64,000 bases of DNA, taken from Chrysomallon squamiferum. Taxonomy: Eukaryota; Animalia; Mollusca. Shown here piece after piece: positions 1-14,521 of this stretch. Under the pieces are notes generated by a model. It was not told where the DNA came from and did not search any database. It worked only from the letters and a program-made list of their open reading frames with translations. A program made the position numbers and the translations under genes. Every line of letters begins with the position of its first letter. Position 1 is the stretch's first letter. Location: contig CM022676.1 of the NCBI GenBank assembly GCA_012295275.1, positions 15,190,001-15,254,000 of the forward strand, written 5' to 3'.

Positions 1-145
1 TCGAGTCCTGCGTGAATAAAATATTATTCTTGTTGATGAATGTAACATTTATCAACCAATTATGGACACCAACAAATCTTTGTTATAAGGTAATAAGGTG
101 GAAGTTGTAAGAAAAGGTAAACAACCTATGGTGATCCATAAAACT
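1..145 (+). pseudogene. Endogenous parvovirus-like NS1/Rep SF3 helicase fragment (Walker B to motif B'), decayed; continues left of window
   Basis: Frame 3 gives ESCVNK, then a 1-nt frameshift to frame 2 NIILVDECNIYQPIMDTNKSLL*GNKVEVVRKGKQPMVIHKT (TAA at 86-88). This lines up without gaps with the parvoviral SF3 pattern as I recall it for AAV Rep ([46 protein letters not shown]). Confidence 0.7.
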
Positions 146-344
146 GTTGGTTTTGTGTCCAGAGATGAAAAACAAATGATCGTAACGCACAATTTTATGG
201 TTCTGTATTATTATAAACATTGCCATGTGGTTTACCAATTTCGGACGACTGCATTGTATTTTCTGTTTTTGCTTTAATAAAAATAAAAATAAAATAAAAC
301 CAAATTATTATTATTTATTTCACGTTTCTAAAAGCAGTGCGTTT

Positions 345-775
345 TTCAGTACCACTATTAGTAGTAGCCCTAATATTTCCAGTATTGCTATTATTACTAG
401 CCCTACTTTATCCAGTACTACTGTTATTAGTAACCCTACTATTTCTACAGTTATTATCACTTTTATTACTACCTCTACTATTTCCAGTAATATTATTATT
501 ACTAACTCTACTACTGTTGACATTTCCCTAACTTACCTTGATATCCACTTGAACTTACCTTAATTACCGACATCACCTGGAATAAGAAATCAAATGTAAA
601 TTATCCAAACGTGCGAGGATTCGAACTCCAAGCAGCGAGCGTACCGAGCGTGAACGCTAACCACGACACCATCCGATCTCGGACGAGCAAGAACGAAAAT
701 AACTTCTAGTCAAACCTGCGATCGATGTTGTGCAGTCGATTTTGGGTTATCTCCCAACATGGCGATTATCTGCAG
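345..775 (-). mobile_element. tRNA-derived SINE-like repeat with short (AGT/AAT/CTGGAAAT) satellite tail, minus copy
   Basis: 540-775 is the diverged reverse complement of ~995-1236. A-box-like TGGTGTCGTGG (revcomp at 661-671) and B-box GTTCGAATCC (revcomp at 617-626). 345-530 is the reverse complement of the satellite at 1240-4205. Confidence 0.55.
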
Positions 776-850
776 AAGCCGTCATTTTCATTTTATTTGA
801 TCTCACTATTTTAAATATAAATCCACACACTCGTTAATATTTAGCATATA

Positions 851-956
851 AAATAAACATTTATATAAAATTAAAAAAAATGCATTAATAGTTTCTAAAA
901 ATAAACATTTATATAAAATTTAAAAAAATGCATTAATAGTTTCTAAAAATAAACAT
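851..956. repeat. ~48-bp AT-rich direct tandem duplication in the spacer between the two inverted elements
   Basis: aaataaacatttatataaaatt(a/t)aaaaaaatgcattaatagtttctaa repeated twice plus a partial copy. Confidence 0.85.
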
Positions 957-994
957 GATGTCATTATTCCTGAAGTTATATAATTCTTGTAGTA

Positions 995-1236
995 TTGCAG
1001 GATATTATGCATGTTGGGAGGTAACTCCAAATCGATTGCACAACATCGATCGCATGATTGACTAGATGTTCTTTTCGTATGTTGCTCGTCCGAGATCGGA
1101 TGGTGTCGTGGTTAGAGGTCACGCTCGCTACGCTCGCTGCTTGGAGTTCAAATCCTTGCTCCGCTCGGATAATTGACCTTTCCTTTCTCGTACCAGGTGA
1201 TTCAGGTAATTAAGGTAAATTAAAGGGAACATCAAG
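995..1236 (+). mobile_element. tRNA-derived SINE-like repeat head, plus copy
   Basis: A-box-like TGGTGTCGTGG at 1101-1111 and B-box GTTCAAATCC at 1146-1155; inverted homolog at 540-775; runs directly into the satellite tail. Confidence 0.55.
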
Positions 1237-1239
1237 ACA

Positions 1240-2634
1240 ATAACAGTAGTACTGGAAATATTAATAGTAATAGTAGTGCTGGAAATAGTAGTAGTAGTAC
1301 TGGAAATAGAAGGGATAATAATAGTAGTGTTGGAAATAGTTGGACTAGTAATAATAGTAGTACTACTGGAAATAGAAGAGTTAGTAATAATAGTAGTAGT
1401 ACTGGAAATAGTTCTGCTACTAATAGTAGGGCTAATAATAATAATAGTAGTACTGGAAATAGTAATAATAGTGCTGGAAATAGAAGGGCTAGTAATAATA
1501 GTAGTGCTGGAAATAACAGAGTTAATAATAGTAGTAGGACTATAATAATAGTAGTTATGGAAATAATAGCGCTAGTAGTAGTGCTGGAAATAGTAATAGT
1601 AGTAGTAGTCCTGGAAACAGAAGGGGCACTAATAATTATAGTGCTGGATAGTAATAATAATAGTACTGGAAATAATACGGCTAATAATAGTAGTAGTGCT
1701 GGAAATAATAGGGCTAATAATAGTAGTAGGGCTAGTAATAATAGTAGTGCTGGAAATAGTAATAGTAATAATAGTAATAGTAATAGTAGTCCTGGAAATA
1801 GAAGGGTTAGTAAAAATAGTAGTAGTGCTGGAAATAAAAGGGCTAATAATAGAAGTAGTAATGGAAAGAGTAGGGTTAGTAATAATAGTAGTACTGGAAA
1901 TAATACGGCTAATAATAGTAGTAGGGCTAGTAATAATAGTAGTGCTGGAAATAGTAATAGTAATAATATTAATAGTAATAGTAGTCCTGGAAATAGAAGG
2001 GTTAGTAAAAATAGTAGTAGTGCTGGAAATAAAAGGGCTAATAATAGAAGTAGTAATGGAAAGAGTAGGGTTAGTAATAATAGTAGTACTGGAAATAATA
2101 CGGCTAATAATAGTAGTAGGGCTAGTAATAATAGTAGTCCTGGAAATAGAAGGGTTAGTAAAAATAGTAGTAGTGCTGGAAATAAAAGGGCTAATAATAG
2201 AAGTAGTAATGGAAAGAGTAGGGTTAGTAATAATAGTAATAGTGCTGCAAATAGAAGAGTTAGTAATAATAGTAGTAGTGCTGGAAATAGTTCGGCTAAT
2301 AATAGTAGTGATGGAGATAGAGTAGGGCTAATAATAATAGTAATAGTGCTGCAAATAGAAGAGTTAGTAATAATAGTAGTAGTGCTGGAAATAGTTCGGC
2401 TAATAATAGTAGTGATGGAGATAGAGTAGGGCTAATAATAATAGTAATAGTGCTGCAAATAGAAGAGTTAGTAATAATAGTAGTAGTGCTGGAAATAGTT
2501 CGGCTAATAATAGTAGTGATGGAGATAGAGTAGGGCTAATAATAATAGTAATAGTGCTGCAAATAGAAGAGTTAGTAATAATAGTAGTAGTGCTGGAAAT
2601 AGTTCGACTAAGAATAGTAGTGCTGGAAATAATA

Positions 2635-2687
<53 letters not shown>

Positions 2688-4205
2688 CTTGAAATAGAAG
2701 GGCTAGTAATAATTATAGTGCTGGAAATAGAAAGGCTAGTAATTATAGTAGGGCTAATAATAGTAGTAGTGCTGGAAATAATAGGGATAATAATAATAAT
2801 AGTAGTAGTGCTGGAAATAGAAGGGTTAGTAATAATTATAGTGCTGGAAATAGTAGGGCTAGTAATAATAGTATTGATGAAATAATAATAGTAGTAGTGC
2901 TGGAAATAGAAGGGTTAGTAATAATTATAGTGCTGGAAATAGAAGGCTAGTAATAATAGTAGTGCGGGAAATAACAGGGCTAATAGTAATAGTAGTAGTA
3001 GTGCTGGAAATAGTAATAGTAGTGCTGGAAATAGAAGGGCTAATAATAATAGTAGTGCTGGAAATAGAAGGGCTAGGAATAATAGTAGTGCTGGAAATAG
3101 AAGGGCTAGTAATAATAGTAGTGCTGGAAATAGAAGGGCTAGGAATAATAGTAGTGCTGGAAATAGAAGGGCTAATAATAGTAGTAGTGCTGGAAATAGA
3201 AGGGTTAGTAAAAATAGTAGTACTGTAAATAGTAATAGTAGTTCTGGAAACAGTAGGGCTAGTAAAATAGTAGTACTACTGGAAATAGTAGGGCTAATAA
3301 TAGTAGTATTACTGGAAATAGTAATAGTAGTGCTGGAAATAGTTCGGCTAAGAATAGTAGTACTGGAAATAGTAGGGCTAGTAATAATAGTAGTGCTGGA
3401 AATAATAGGGTTAATAGTAGTAGTGCTTGAAATAGAATGGTTAGTAATAATTATTGTGCTGGAAATAGAAGGGTTAGTAATAATAGTAGTACTGCTTCGG
3501 AAATAGTAGGACTACTAATAGTAGTAGTAGTAGTGGAAATAGTAACAGTAGTGCTGGAAATGGAAGGGTTACTAATAATAGTAATAGTAATAGTAGAGCT
3601 TGTAATAATAGTAGTGCTGGAAATAGTGGGGCTAATAATAGTAGTAGTGCTGGAAATAGAAGGGCTAGTAATAATAGTAGTGCTGGAAATAGAAGGGCTA
3701 GGAATAATAGTAGTGCTGGAAATAGAAGGTCTAGTAATACTAGTAGTGCTGGAAATAATAGGGCTAATAATAGTAGTAGTACTGGAAATGGTTCGGCTAA
3801 TAATAATAATAGTAGTGCTGGAAATAGAAGTGCTAATAATAAAAGTAGTAATGGAAAGAGTAGGGTTAGTAATAATAGTAGTACTGGAAATAGTAGAGCT
3901 AGTAATAATAATAGCAGTACTCCTTCGGAAATAGTAGGACTACTAATAGAAGTAGTAGTGGAAATAGTAACAGTAGAGCTGGAAATGGAAGGGTTACTAA
4001 TCATAGTAGTAGTAATAGTAGAGCTTGTAATAATAGTAGTGCTGGAAGTAGTAGGAATATTAATAGTAGTACTGCTTTGGATATAGTAGGCTGATAATAG
4101 TGGACCTGGAAATAGTCGGGCTACTAATAATAGTAGTAGTGGAAACAGTAGGGTTAGTAATAATAGTGGTAGTAGTACTGGAAATAGTCGTGCTGGAAAT
4201 AGTAA
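1240..4205 (+). repeat. ~3-kb degenerate purine-rich minisatellite (AGTAGTGCTGGAAAT / AGAAGGGCT / AAT, AGT triplets) with higher-order blocks
   Basis: Many recurrences of agtgctggaaata; ~90-bp block repeated at ~2240-2600 and larger blocks at ~1665-2240. The VVLEI- and NNSSSAG-rich ORFs here are translations of the repeat. Confidence 0.95.
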
Positions 4206-7200
4206 ATCTGGCCCCCATATTCATGATGTACTTAATATTTGTTTAATACTAATTAGTCACATATATGTAATATCTTTCAAGTCTGCACCTCAACGTTTTC
4301 TTTGGCTTCGTATTTGAAGTCTGACAGGTGAAGGACAAGACAAGTAGTCATCTGAATTGAATAAAAACAAAAAACATACTGCTTGACTGTGATCATTTGA
4401 CACATTAAACAATGAAGATTATATTAGATTATAAACGTTTAAAAACAGGTTATTAAGATATATCTATAAGGAATAATAAATTCAGAAGAATAAGGTTGTT
4501 TCTACCAACTGTGGTTCTAGTTTTACTGACAATGGAGGACAGTATTTGCTTTACTAGTATAATCAATGTGAGATTTGCTTTGTTATAAAGAACAAACACA
4601 GGAAAGAGTATTTTTTAGTGTCGTGCTGAGAATAGATATTTCGTGTGAATGTAATAAAATTATTGACGTTTAGAAAGTGACAGAACACAATCAGTGAATG
4701 AACATCAGTCTCTTATAATGACTTTTATTTAGCCTAACTTTTCCTTTTCATGTATCTGACAGAAAGGCTGTCCATTGTTGGTCGACATTACCAGTTGTCT
4801 TCGGGAAAGTATATTTAGAGAACAAAAGTGTCTACAGAAAAAGCAAAGAGACCTAGAGAAAGCCAAAGATTATGTAGTTTTATGAGATAAACAAAAGATA
4901 AAACAACGACAACTAGTAAATAAATATATATTAATGATTGTAATAAGTAAATAAACTCAGTGTCAGTGTCTGGGTGCATATCACAACAGGGAGAAAGACA
5001 AAAATGAAAACGAGGCAGAACACCCGGTTACCATGATAACAAGACTGGCATGTCTGAAGTTACATACTTTACTGAATGAGTTCATCTGTAGAAGTGTTTA
5101 AAAATGTTTATTTAAAAACAAACAACATGTGTTTACATGTTTAATATTATATCTGCACCTACATTTACCCACACACTCAGTAGTAAATGCTTGTCATGAT
5201 CTGCAGAGACAGATATGCAGATGTAGAGACTGATCGATAAACTGATCAATAAATAAAAAGGTAGTCACAGATGGAGACATATTGATATCTCAAATTAGTA
5301 AATAAACTTTCCTGGTATAGCAAAGTTTTGAAACCTGTACACTGTAAATGTTATTTTTTAAATACAGCACAGCTCTATATTGCTACTCTAATAATTATTA
5401 CATATCTATTTATTTTTGTTTGTCCTTGTTTTAAATATTTCTTTTCATTTACTATGTATACACACATCAGATGATCTGGACAACCAAAAGCATTAGAACC
5501 TTTGACTGCATGAACTAAAACAGTCTTAAAAGAAATAAACAGAAACATTAAAATTTGTTCTAAGATATAAAACTGCAAATTTTAATATAAACTAATTTTG
5601 AATATTTGAACTGACAGCAGCCAGAATGTGGGATGTACCTACTGTTTCACCATCTTCCTGTTATTAATTTATGTAGTGATTTTGTTATCGAAAGTGGAAT
5701 ATAATAAATATACTGCTGATATCTTGACAAATTTGAAGGAACATGGTCTGTTGTTAGACATGAATTATCAAATATAACCAGCATTTTATTCAGTTACACA
5801 ACTCAGAAATTTGAGTTTTCTTGTTTTCGCAGTTGTTTCCTAAGCAGAGACAGCTCAGTGAGTTCTTATTTAATTTACGTGTAAATTACGTTTTCGTCAA
5901 AGTGTGGTATCGTCTACTTTACATAGATTAAATATTTCGTCATTGTATTGTAAATTAATACAACCTCAGCAATATACAGGTTACTTAAACTTTATTCAGT
6001 TTTTTAACTAAATTTATAAATATGTACAGCTAAATAGAGACACACACACAAATATATATGTGTAAATATAATGAAAAAATCTCTAATATGTTTGTATCTC
6101 ATAATGTAAGGTGTTGATTTTTCAACTCAGATTATGTAACAATTTATTTTATTAATTTGTTTTCTGTCACACAACATTTTACGTTTACAACTAATTTTTC
6201 AACTCGATGGATTTGCTTTAAAAGGTCTGCCATTTCGTAGTCAGAAGAAAAAAGACGTGACAGCCAATAGTCAGGCAAGAAAGCAGTGTTTTAAAATGAC
6301 ATTTTCTTTATGTAAGAGTATGGTAAGCCATTGTCTGTTCTTATGCTGATAGGGTATAATGTATACATTAACATGCGTTGTGTTTATGTTTCTAGTGCAT
6401 GGATGCAATTATTGTTTCATAGAGATTGCTGTCGGTTTATTTTTAAAGCTCCTTACAAGGTATGGACACTGTGATGTATATAAATTACACATACAGCTAT
6501 ATACAGACACACACATACAAACACACAGATAGTCGATAGTGTATATATTATACATACATATATCTATAAACACAGATACTCTGTGTGTGTGTGTTGCGTG
6601 TGTGTGTCTATATATATATATACACAGACACCTATCCACACAGATAATCTGTGTATACATATCAATTTATGCATTACACATACATCAATAGATATGTGTG
6701 TGCTTACAAGTGTACATATACATGTAGACACATAGATATATATATGCATATATATTTACAGTCATGTGTGTATGCATATCTATATATTACACATATATAT
6801 ACAGACAGATAGATAAGTGAACAGTGAAATTAAAGAAGATTTTAATTATTGATATTACTATAAGTAAGTACTGACATAGTCTATAGCTTGTTTAGCTGGG
6901 TTTTTTTTTATAGAGAAATGTATTACTGGTATTCCTTAGATGTATGTGTGCATGCGAAAATACAGATAAGTAGATAGATATAACAGACAAAATTAATTTC
7001 AAGTAAACACTGATGCATGAATAATTTTATATAAAAACAACACACAAACACACAGACACACTGTAATTTCATAAATGTATCTACAAAGCTACAAAAAACA
7101 TAAATTAAAAAATTAAATATTAGCAAATTAATTTTAAACGGTTGCACGAAAAGTTTTAATGTCAATAACTGTTAAATCTGGCCAAAGGTTATTCCCTGCT

Positions 7201-8050
7201 TTGTTGTTTATGTTCTGGGCTTACTTAGTTTAACAGATAGTTAAGAACTTACTATTAATATTCATATTAATTAGTGACTTCAGGCGACGATCGCTACAAG
7301 TAACCTGTTATTAGCAAAAAAATGTATTCACGACAGACAGAAGAATAACCATATGTAACAAGAAAATTGCATTCACTTACTTTGATGGCGTGGCTGACAA
7401 AGTCAGCAATTTTGTTTCTGAAATCATAAGTATTAGATCGATTTAAATGCAACGTGACAAGCAAACCGATCAAAATAGCACTTAAGGTATAACTTCCGCA
7501 TTCAATAGTTAATATGGGTTACCTCCCTTGTGGTAGATTGAAATCGAGCGCTCGATACTAAGTAAAACGGGTAAGTCTGCATAAACTTAATGTTCAGAAC
7601 TTCAAGTGTTTCGTAAGAGATGCATGGAAAAGAAGAACATTTTTCAGTCTATTAGACATTTTGCTGCGAACAGACACAATTCATCTATACGTGTCTCAGT
7701 GTCGCTAGATATTTTCGTTGACCATCTTATCAGAGTCATCGGCCCCGAATGAAGCAAAGCACTGGGACCCGTATGTGTACACATACACTGACTGCACGTG
7801 TTACTTGACCAGGGGTCCCCATAGGTAACGCCCAGTGTACCTATACCTTACGACGATGCTGACTACATATTTAGTCCTGGTCTTAATATTGAAGCAATTC
7901 ATCCCACCATCTATTTCAAGGTTAAAACTCCTTCCAGTTATTAGTATAAGAATAACTATAACGTAAAATCAGAGGAATTTTTTAAACATAATTTATTTGT
8001 TTTATTGAAGAACTTTTCTTTAAGTAAAACCAAGAATTGAGAAATACTTG

Positions 8051-8265
8051 TTAATTTTCGTATCTAATTTTTATTACAGTTCTACCATTCTTTGACGTAA
8101 ATGACAGGGTTGGTTTCGGATTTTTTCCAGAGCTCTTGTTCCGGACCGTAATTTTCCAGTCACCAATTTTGCCCGTGTATCCTAGGAGTCCGTTCTTACC
8201 GCTGATTGGCCTGCTACCCTCCACTTTTAGTTTACTGTAGTCACTTGAAGCTGCAGAGTAACCAC
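8051..8265 (-). CDS. Exon 2 (terminal) of secreted toxin-like prepropeptide
   Basis: Acceptor ttttattttatattttaaag|GT at 8266/8265, phase 1. Open frame GYSAASSDYSKLKVEGSRPISGKNGLLGYTGKIGDWKITVRNKSSGKNPKPTLSFTSKNGRTVIKIRYEN* ends at TAA 8053-8051; AATAAA at 8006-8001. Confidence 0.75.
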
Positions 8266-8659
8266 CTTTAAAATATAAAATAAAACGATAAACAAAACAA
8301 AAATATTAAGAGAAAATCCAAATTTATGTGCATGTCTCTATGTGTGTTTGTTCGTGTATTTAAATATTTGTGTTTGTTAATATCACTTTTTAAACCGCAA
8401 CGAAAAGTTGAAATATGAACACTCTAAACTTAAAAAAACGTTTCACCTTGAAACAGAAAGAAGTAGACGTATTTCACCTTGTTTAGAGTACTGTATTGTC
8501 ATGCGCCTTCCACTCCATGTTTTCTTTCTGAATTTTAATGTGCGAAGAAGGGCTTTCCAAACATATTTCCTCAAATAACGGAGCCTCTTGCTTCTAGTAA
8601 TTTCATTCTCTACCTGCCTCCTAACAGACCAAAGATCTTAACGTGAAAAAAAAATAATA

Positions 8660-8959
<300 letters not shown>

Positions 8960-9227
8960 TTGTCAACACCGGATTCCCTTGGGAGCAAAGAGCTACGCCG
9001 TTATATACAGAGTGACAGTTTATAAAGATCAAAACCACCAAAAAATTGAATATGTTTTATTACAAATGTTACAGTTAAATATCTAGCTGAGATTTGCCAG
9101 TGATTACGCGTTGTTTTGCCGATAAGTTGACCTGGTTGAAATGTTCACCATTTTATAAAAAAACTTCGTGTTTCTATTAACCCGCGGCAAAGTCTAAGTG
9201 TCATTTATTTATTTATTTATTTATTTG

Positions 9228-9281
<54 letters not shown>

Positions 9282-9294
9282 TCTTTCAAAATAT

Positions 9295-9362
<68 letters not shown>

Positions 9363-10537
9363 ACTTGGAAGTTGAAACTATTGACACATTTTGCCTCTAT
9401 TTTGTCCAAAGATGACTTGAACACGTTTTGCAGTCGGGCACCGAAATTATATTTAGTAATAAAAGTGCAAGAATAGCTGCTGACATGCCTTGTTTTTGTG
9501 TTAATAGCAATTGACAATCAACACAGGTATTGATTTTTGTTTTCTTTTTTAATTTGTGTACAAACTGAATTATCTCAGATGGACTGAAGAGAATGACATG
9601 GTAAAGATTAGAATTAAGAAACCCAGTATGCAGAGGTGAAGACTTGAGAAAGTAGGCTATTAGTAGTATTAAACAGACATAAGTATAACACTTTTCTTAA
9701 ATCATTTTATCACTTAAGCCATGAATGTGTATAAAATATGTTGTTAAAGTCCCTGTTTTATTAGATACATAACATGTATACATGTAGACATTTAATTTTA
9801 CCTTTGTGACAAATGATTGGTTATGTGTTATTGTCTCATTTTGCTTTGACAAAGTGTCACTTATCTGTCTAGAGATAAATCTTTCTCTGTACACAGTGGA
9901 TTTGTTGGAAAATCTTCTATTAATTTTGTTTTAGAAAGTTCGTTCTCTGATTGCGACCAGTTCAATAAGACAGTGAAAAGTGTGCGCCATACGTATTTTA
10001 TACAGATTTCTGCTTCTGACTCTAAATGAGTGTTTCAACACTAATAATAATTTTGTTCATTTAGTTCAGTATAGTAACTACAAGATGTATGTCATTATTA
10101 TTTGTTAAGCTTTCGAAGAATGACGATCATTTCACACCACATGGTAACCTAATTACGCGTAAACTGCCGTCAGTTTTTTCAGATGTGATCGTCCTTGGAA
10201 AATTGTTGACAAACTAAGTATTATATAACTTGTCTTTCTTTTTCTTATTTTCTGGAATTAACACCCGAAGTCCGAAGTGTACAATGAAATGATTTGTTAA
10301 TCATAAACTATAGGAAACAGTAGAGAGAAAAATGCATTACAGATATATAATAACAAAAAAAAAGAACTAAAATGCATATCCGAATTAGGCATTATATTTT
10401 CCATGACAGATTAAAGATAGCTTTTAGGAATTTCGCAAATTATATATCCTGAGGATGATAATGATGATGATGGTGATGGTGATGATCATAATGATAATGA
10501 TGATGTTTTACAGGAGAAGGAAATAAAACAAGCTCAC

Positions 10538-10751
10538 CCAGTTTCGGCTGGAATATTTTATCTCCAACTTTACTCGGGTGGATGATGTCTCGTTTAGAAA
10601 GCGACTTCGGATCAAAGCCGTGATTCTGTCCTGAGTGGCTTCTCTTCGACTCGACAGTCTCAATATCTGAGTCAAGCACCTGCACAGACTGGGCCAACGC
10701 TAATAGCAGACAAAGAAACGCTAAGACAAACTGAAAAGCGACTCCCTTCAT
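10538..10751 (-). CDS. Exon 1 of secreted toxin-like prepropeptide (signal peptide + pro-region with two KR sites)
   Basis: ATG in acaaagATG context at 10751. Hydrophobic signal MKGVAFQFVLAFLCLLLALAQS; ESKR and LSKR dibasic sites. Donor CTGG|GTGAGC at 10538/10537 is phase 1, matching exon 2. Confidence 0.78.
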
Positions 10752-10768
10752 CTTTGTTGTCTTCGTCC

Positions 10769-10803
10769 GAATGATGGTGACGACGGTCGAGTTGGTGTTT
10801 AAA
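10769..10803 (-). promoter_or_regulatory. Possible core promoter (TATA-like TTTAAA plus Inr-like TCATTC) of the prepropeptide gene
   Basis: Minus-strand TTTAAA at 10803-10798, ~25-30 nt upstream of TCATTC at 10774-10769, which lies ~20 nt before the ATG. Weak evidence in AT-rich DNA. Confidence 0.3.
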
Positions 10804-10975
10804 CAGAGAAAGAAACATGAACCTCTCAAACAAATGTCGCCTCTTCTCACCAGTGAACCTTCCACCATCTAATTAGCTTTACACTTTCCTGTGAACAGTA
10901 ATTTATCTTTTGATATTATCATAATCATTGTTGATTTCTGGACGTCCGCAGTCTGTTAATTGTAATAAAACACAC

Positions 10976-11083
<108 letters not shown>

Positions 11084-11225
11084 TTAATAAATAACTAAAT
11101 AAATTATAAAATAAATCGAATGCTTTGAAACAAATGTTGCCATTTCTCACTTTCGTTTAACTGATACCAGGATCTGAATAACACCAGTACATTTAGCTGT
11201 GAAAACTAATTTAGTTTTAATCTTA

Positions 11226-11306
<81 letters not shown>

Positions 11307-12415
11307 GTATGTATGTATGTATATGATTACATAGCTAGATAGATATATATGACATTGCAAATAATGAAATATAATAACTTTCTCTGTCTGTATCTCTCTT
11401 TCTCTCTCTTTGTGAAACACACACACACAGACACACAAACACACACAGACACACACACAGAGACATGCATATTGACATACTCAGTTGATCCTTTCAACTT
11501 TACATTCGATTCAAACTAAAGTTGGCTGACGGCACGTCTAAAACAAACACGTAAATAAATAAATAAATTTAATTATAGAAACACGTTTACACCTTTACAG
11601 TGGGTGAATGAAAAACCGTAAATATTTTAAGATACGTTTTGAGTTCAAATTTTAGTACAGAGCGATATATTTTAAGATAAAATAATAACAATAATAATAA
11701 TAGTAATAAAATTTAATAAAAAGATCGGTATAAGATTTAAATAATCAATTTCTGATAAAATATCCAAAGAGTATTACAGTATAGAATTGTGAAATGTAAT
11801 AATTTATAAATTTATAATCAGATACTTTCAGCAAGTTAGCGGCTACTATTCATCTTTCTTACCAGCTCCAACCACTTCCTTTAGACTTAATTATTTAGTG
11901 TAACATATGTGTGCGGAAGCGCAGAAGTCTTATCTGTATGTGTTTCTGGCTTATACATTTACGTAAGCTTCACATATATTTGTTTATGCGTTTTTATATG
12001 CGTATGTAAATGTGTTTGACAGTAAGGTATTTATATGCCATTTTATTATTATTTTTCTTTTTCTTAACCGAAAAAATGTTTCTACATTTTGTCCCCTGTA
12101 CTGTGGTGTATACGGTAATTAAAGTGAAAGTACACTTATCAGTTAATTTCGTGGAAACGTTAATGTTTACATCAGCAGAAAATAAAAACTCAGTGTCTAT
12201 ACCACGTCATCAGATACATCCGCTGAAAGCTGACTGCAAATGTTCGGTCTGGGTATGTAGACTTTTTTATTTCAAAACTAATTAAACACACACTTTGTTC
12301 TCTTCTGTTTTATTTGTTATATTATCTTTACCTTAAACTAGAAGCGTAAAATGCAAATAAACAAGATTAATTAATTAATTTATTTATTATTAGTGTTGTT
12401 GTTGTTATTATTATA

Positions 12416-12462
<47 letters not shown>

Positions 12463-12525
12463 TTTTGTTTTTTTTTCCTCCAACAGCTTCCAGACACTTA
12501 TTGATTTACTACTTACATAAATAAA

Positions 12526-12587
<62 letters not shown>

Positions 12588-12589
12588 CT

Positions 12590-14157
<1,568 letters not shown>

Positions 14158-14437
14158 TAGTGATGTAGCCTCAACTCAGTATCAGTGAATAGTAACATCG
14201 TACCTTGATCCTTCCTAGACATAGTTTTTAGATATCTACACAAACAGATATATATATATATATATGACGAAGAGAGATAATCTCGTCTTTACTTAACGTA
14301 AAGCACGTTATCTATGACACTGTGTTTCATTTGACACATTTCTTTTACGTATAATAACTATAGATATTTTATTAAGTTTCTAATTTATGTAAATTAAGTT
14401 ATTACATTAATTTAAATTTAAGTTGCACACACAACAC

Positions 14438-14474
<37 letters not shown>

Positions 14475-14490
14475 CATATATGTGTGTTTG

Positions 14491-14521
<31 letters not shown>

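Noticed and set aside
1097-1165. Functional tRNA gene
   Set aside because: A/B boxes are present, but I cannot fold a convincing cloverleaf and the two copies are diverged; better treated as a tRNA-derived repeat.
540-1236. Inverted repeat as a parvoviral terminal hairpin belonging to the NS1 fragment
   Set aside because: Arms carry Pol III boxes and satellite tails and are diverged; there is no capsid gene or evidence linking them to the viral fragment.
1800-3500. GGGTTAG motifs resembling telomeric repeat
   Set aside because: Isolated occurrences within the satellite unit, never tandem TTAGGG.
1276-4004. Long hydrophobic (VVLEI) or Asn/Ser-rich ORFs
   Set aside because: Frame translations of the satellite; they shift frame arbitrarily and have no splice or start context.
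4735-4885. Exon-like block (plus-strand acceptor then KGCPLLVDITSC...; minus-strand FCQIHEKEKL resembling a B-box)
   Set aside because: Short, ends in stops, no partner exons or complete motif.
7730-7865. GC-richer island with weak terminal inverted similarity (possible MITE)
   Set aside because: TIRs too degenerate and no TSD identifiable.
10440-10537. His-rich C-terminus (KHHHYHYDHHHHHHHHYHPQDI) suggesting a histidine-rich metal-binding or antimicrobial peptide
   Set aside because: Lies just after a strong phase-1 donor and is a (CAT)n microsatellite; splicing to 8265 gives a more coherent protein. An intron-retained isoform cannot be excluded.
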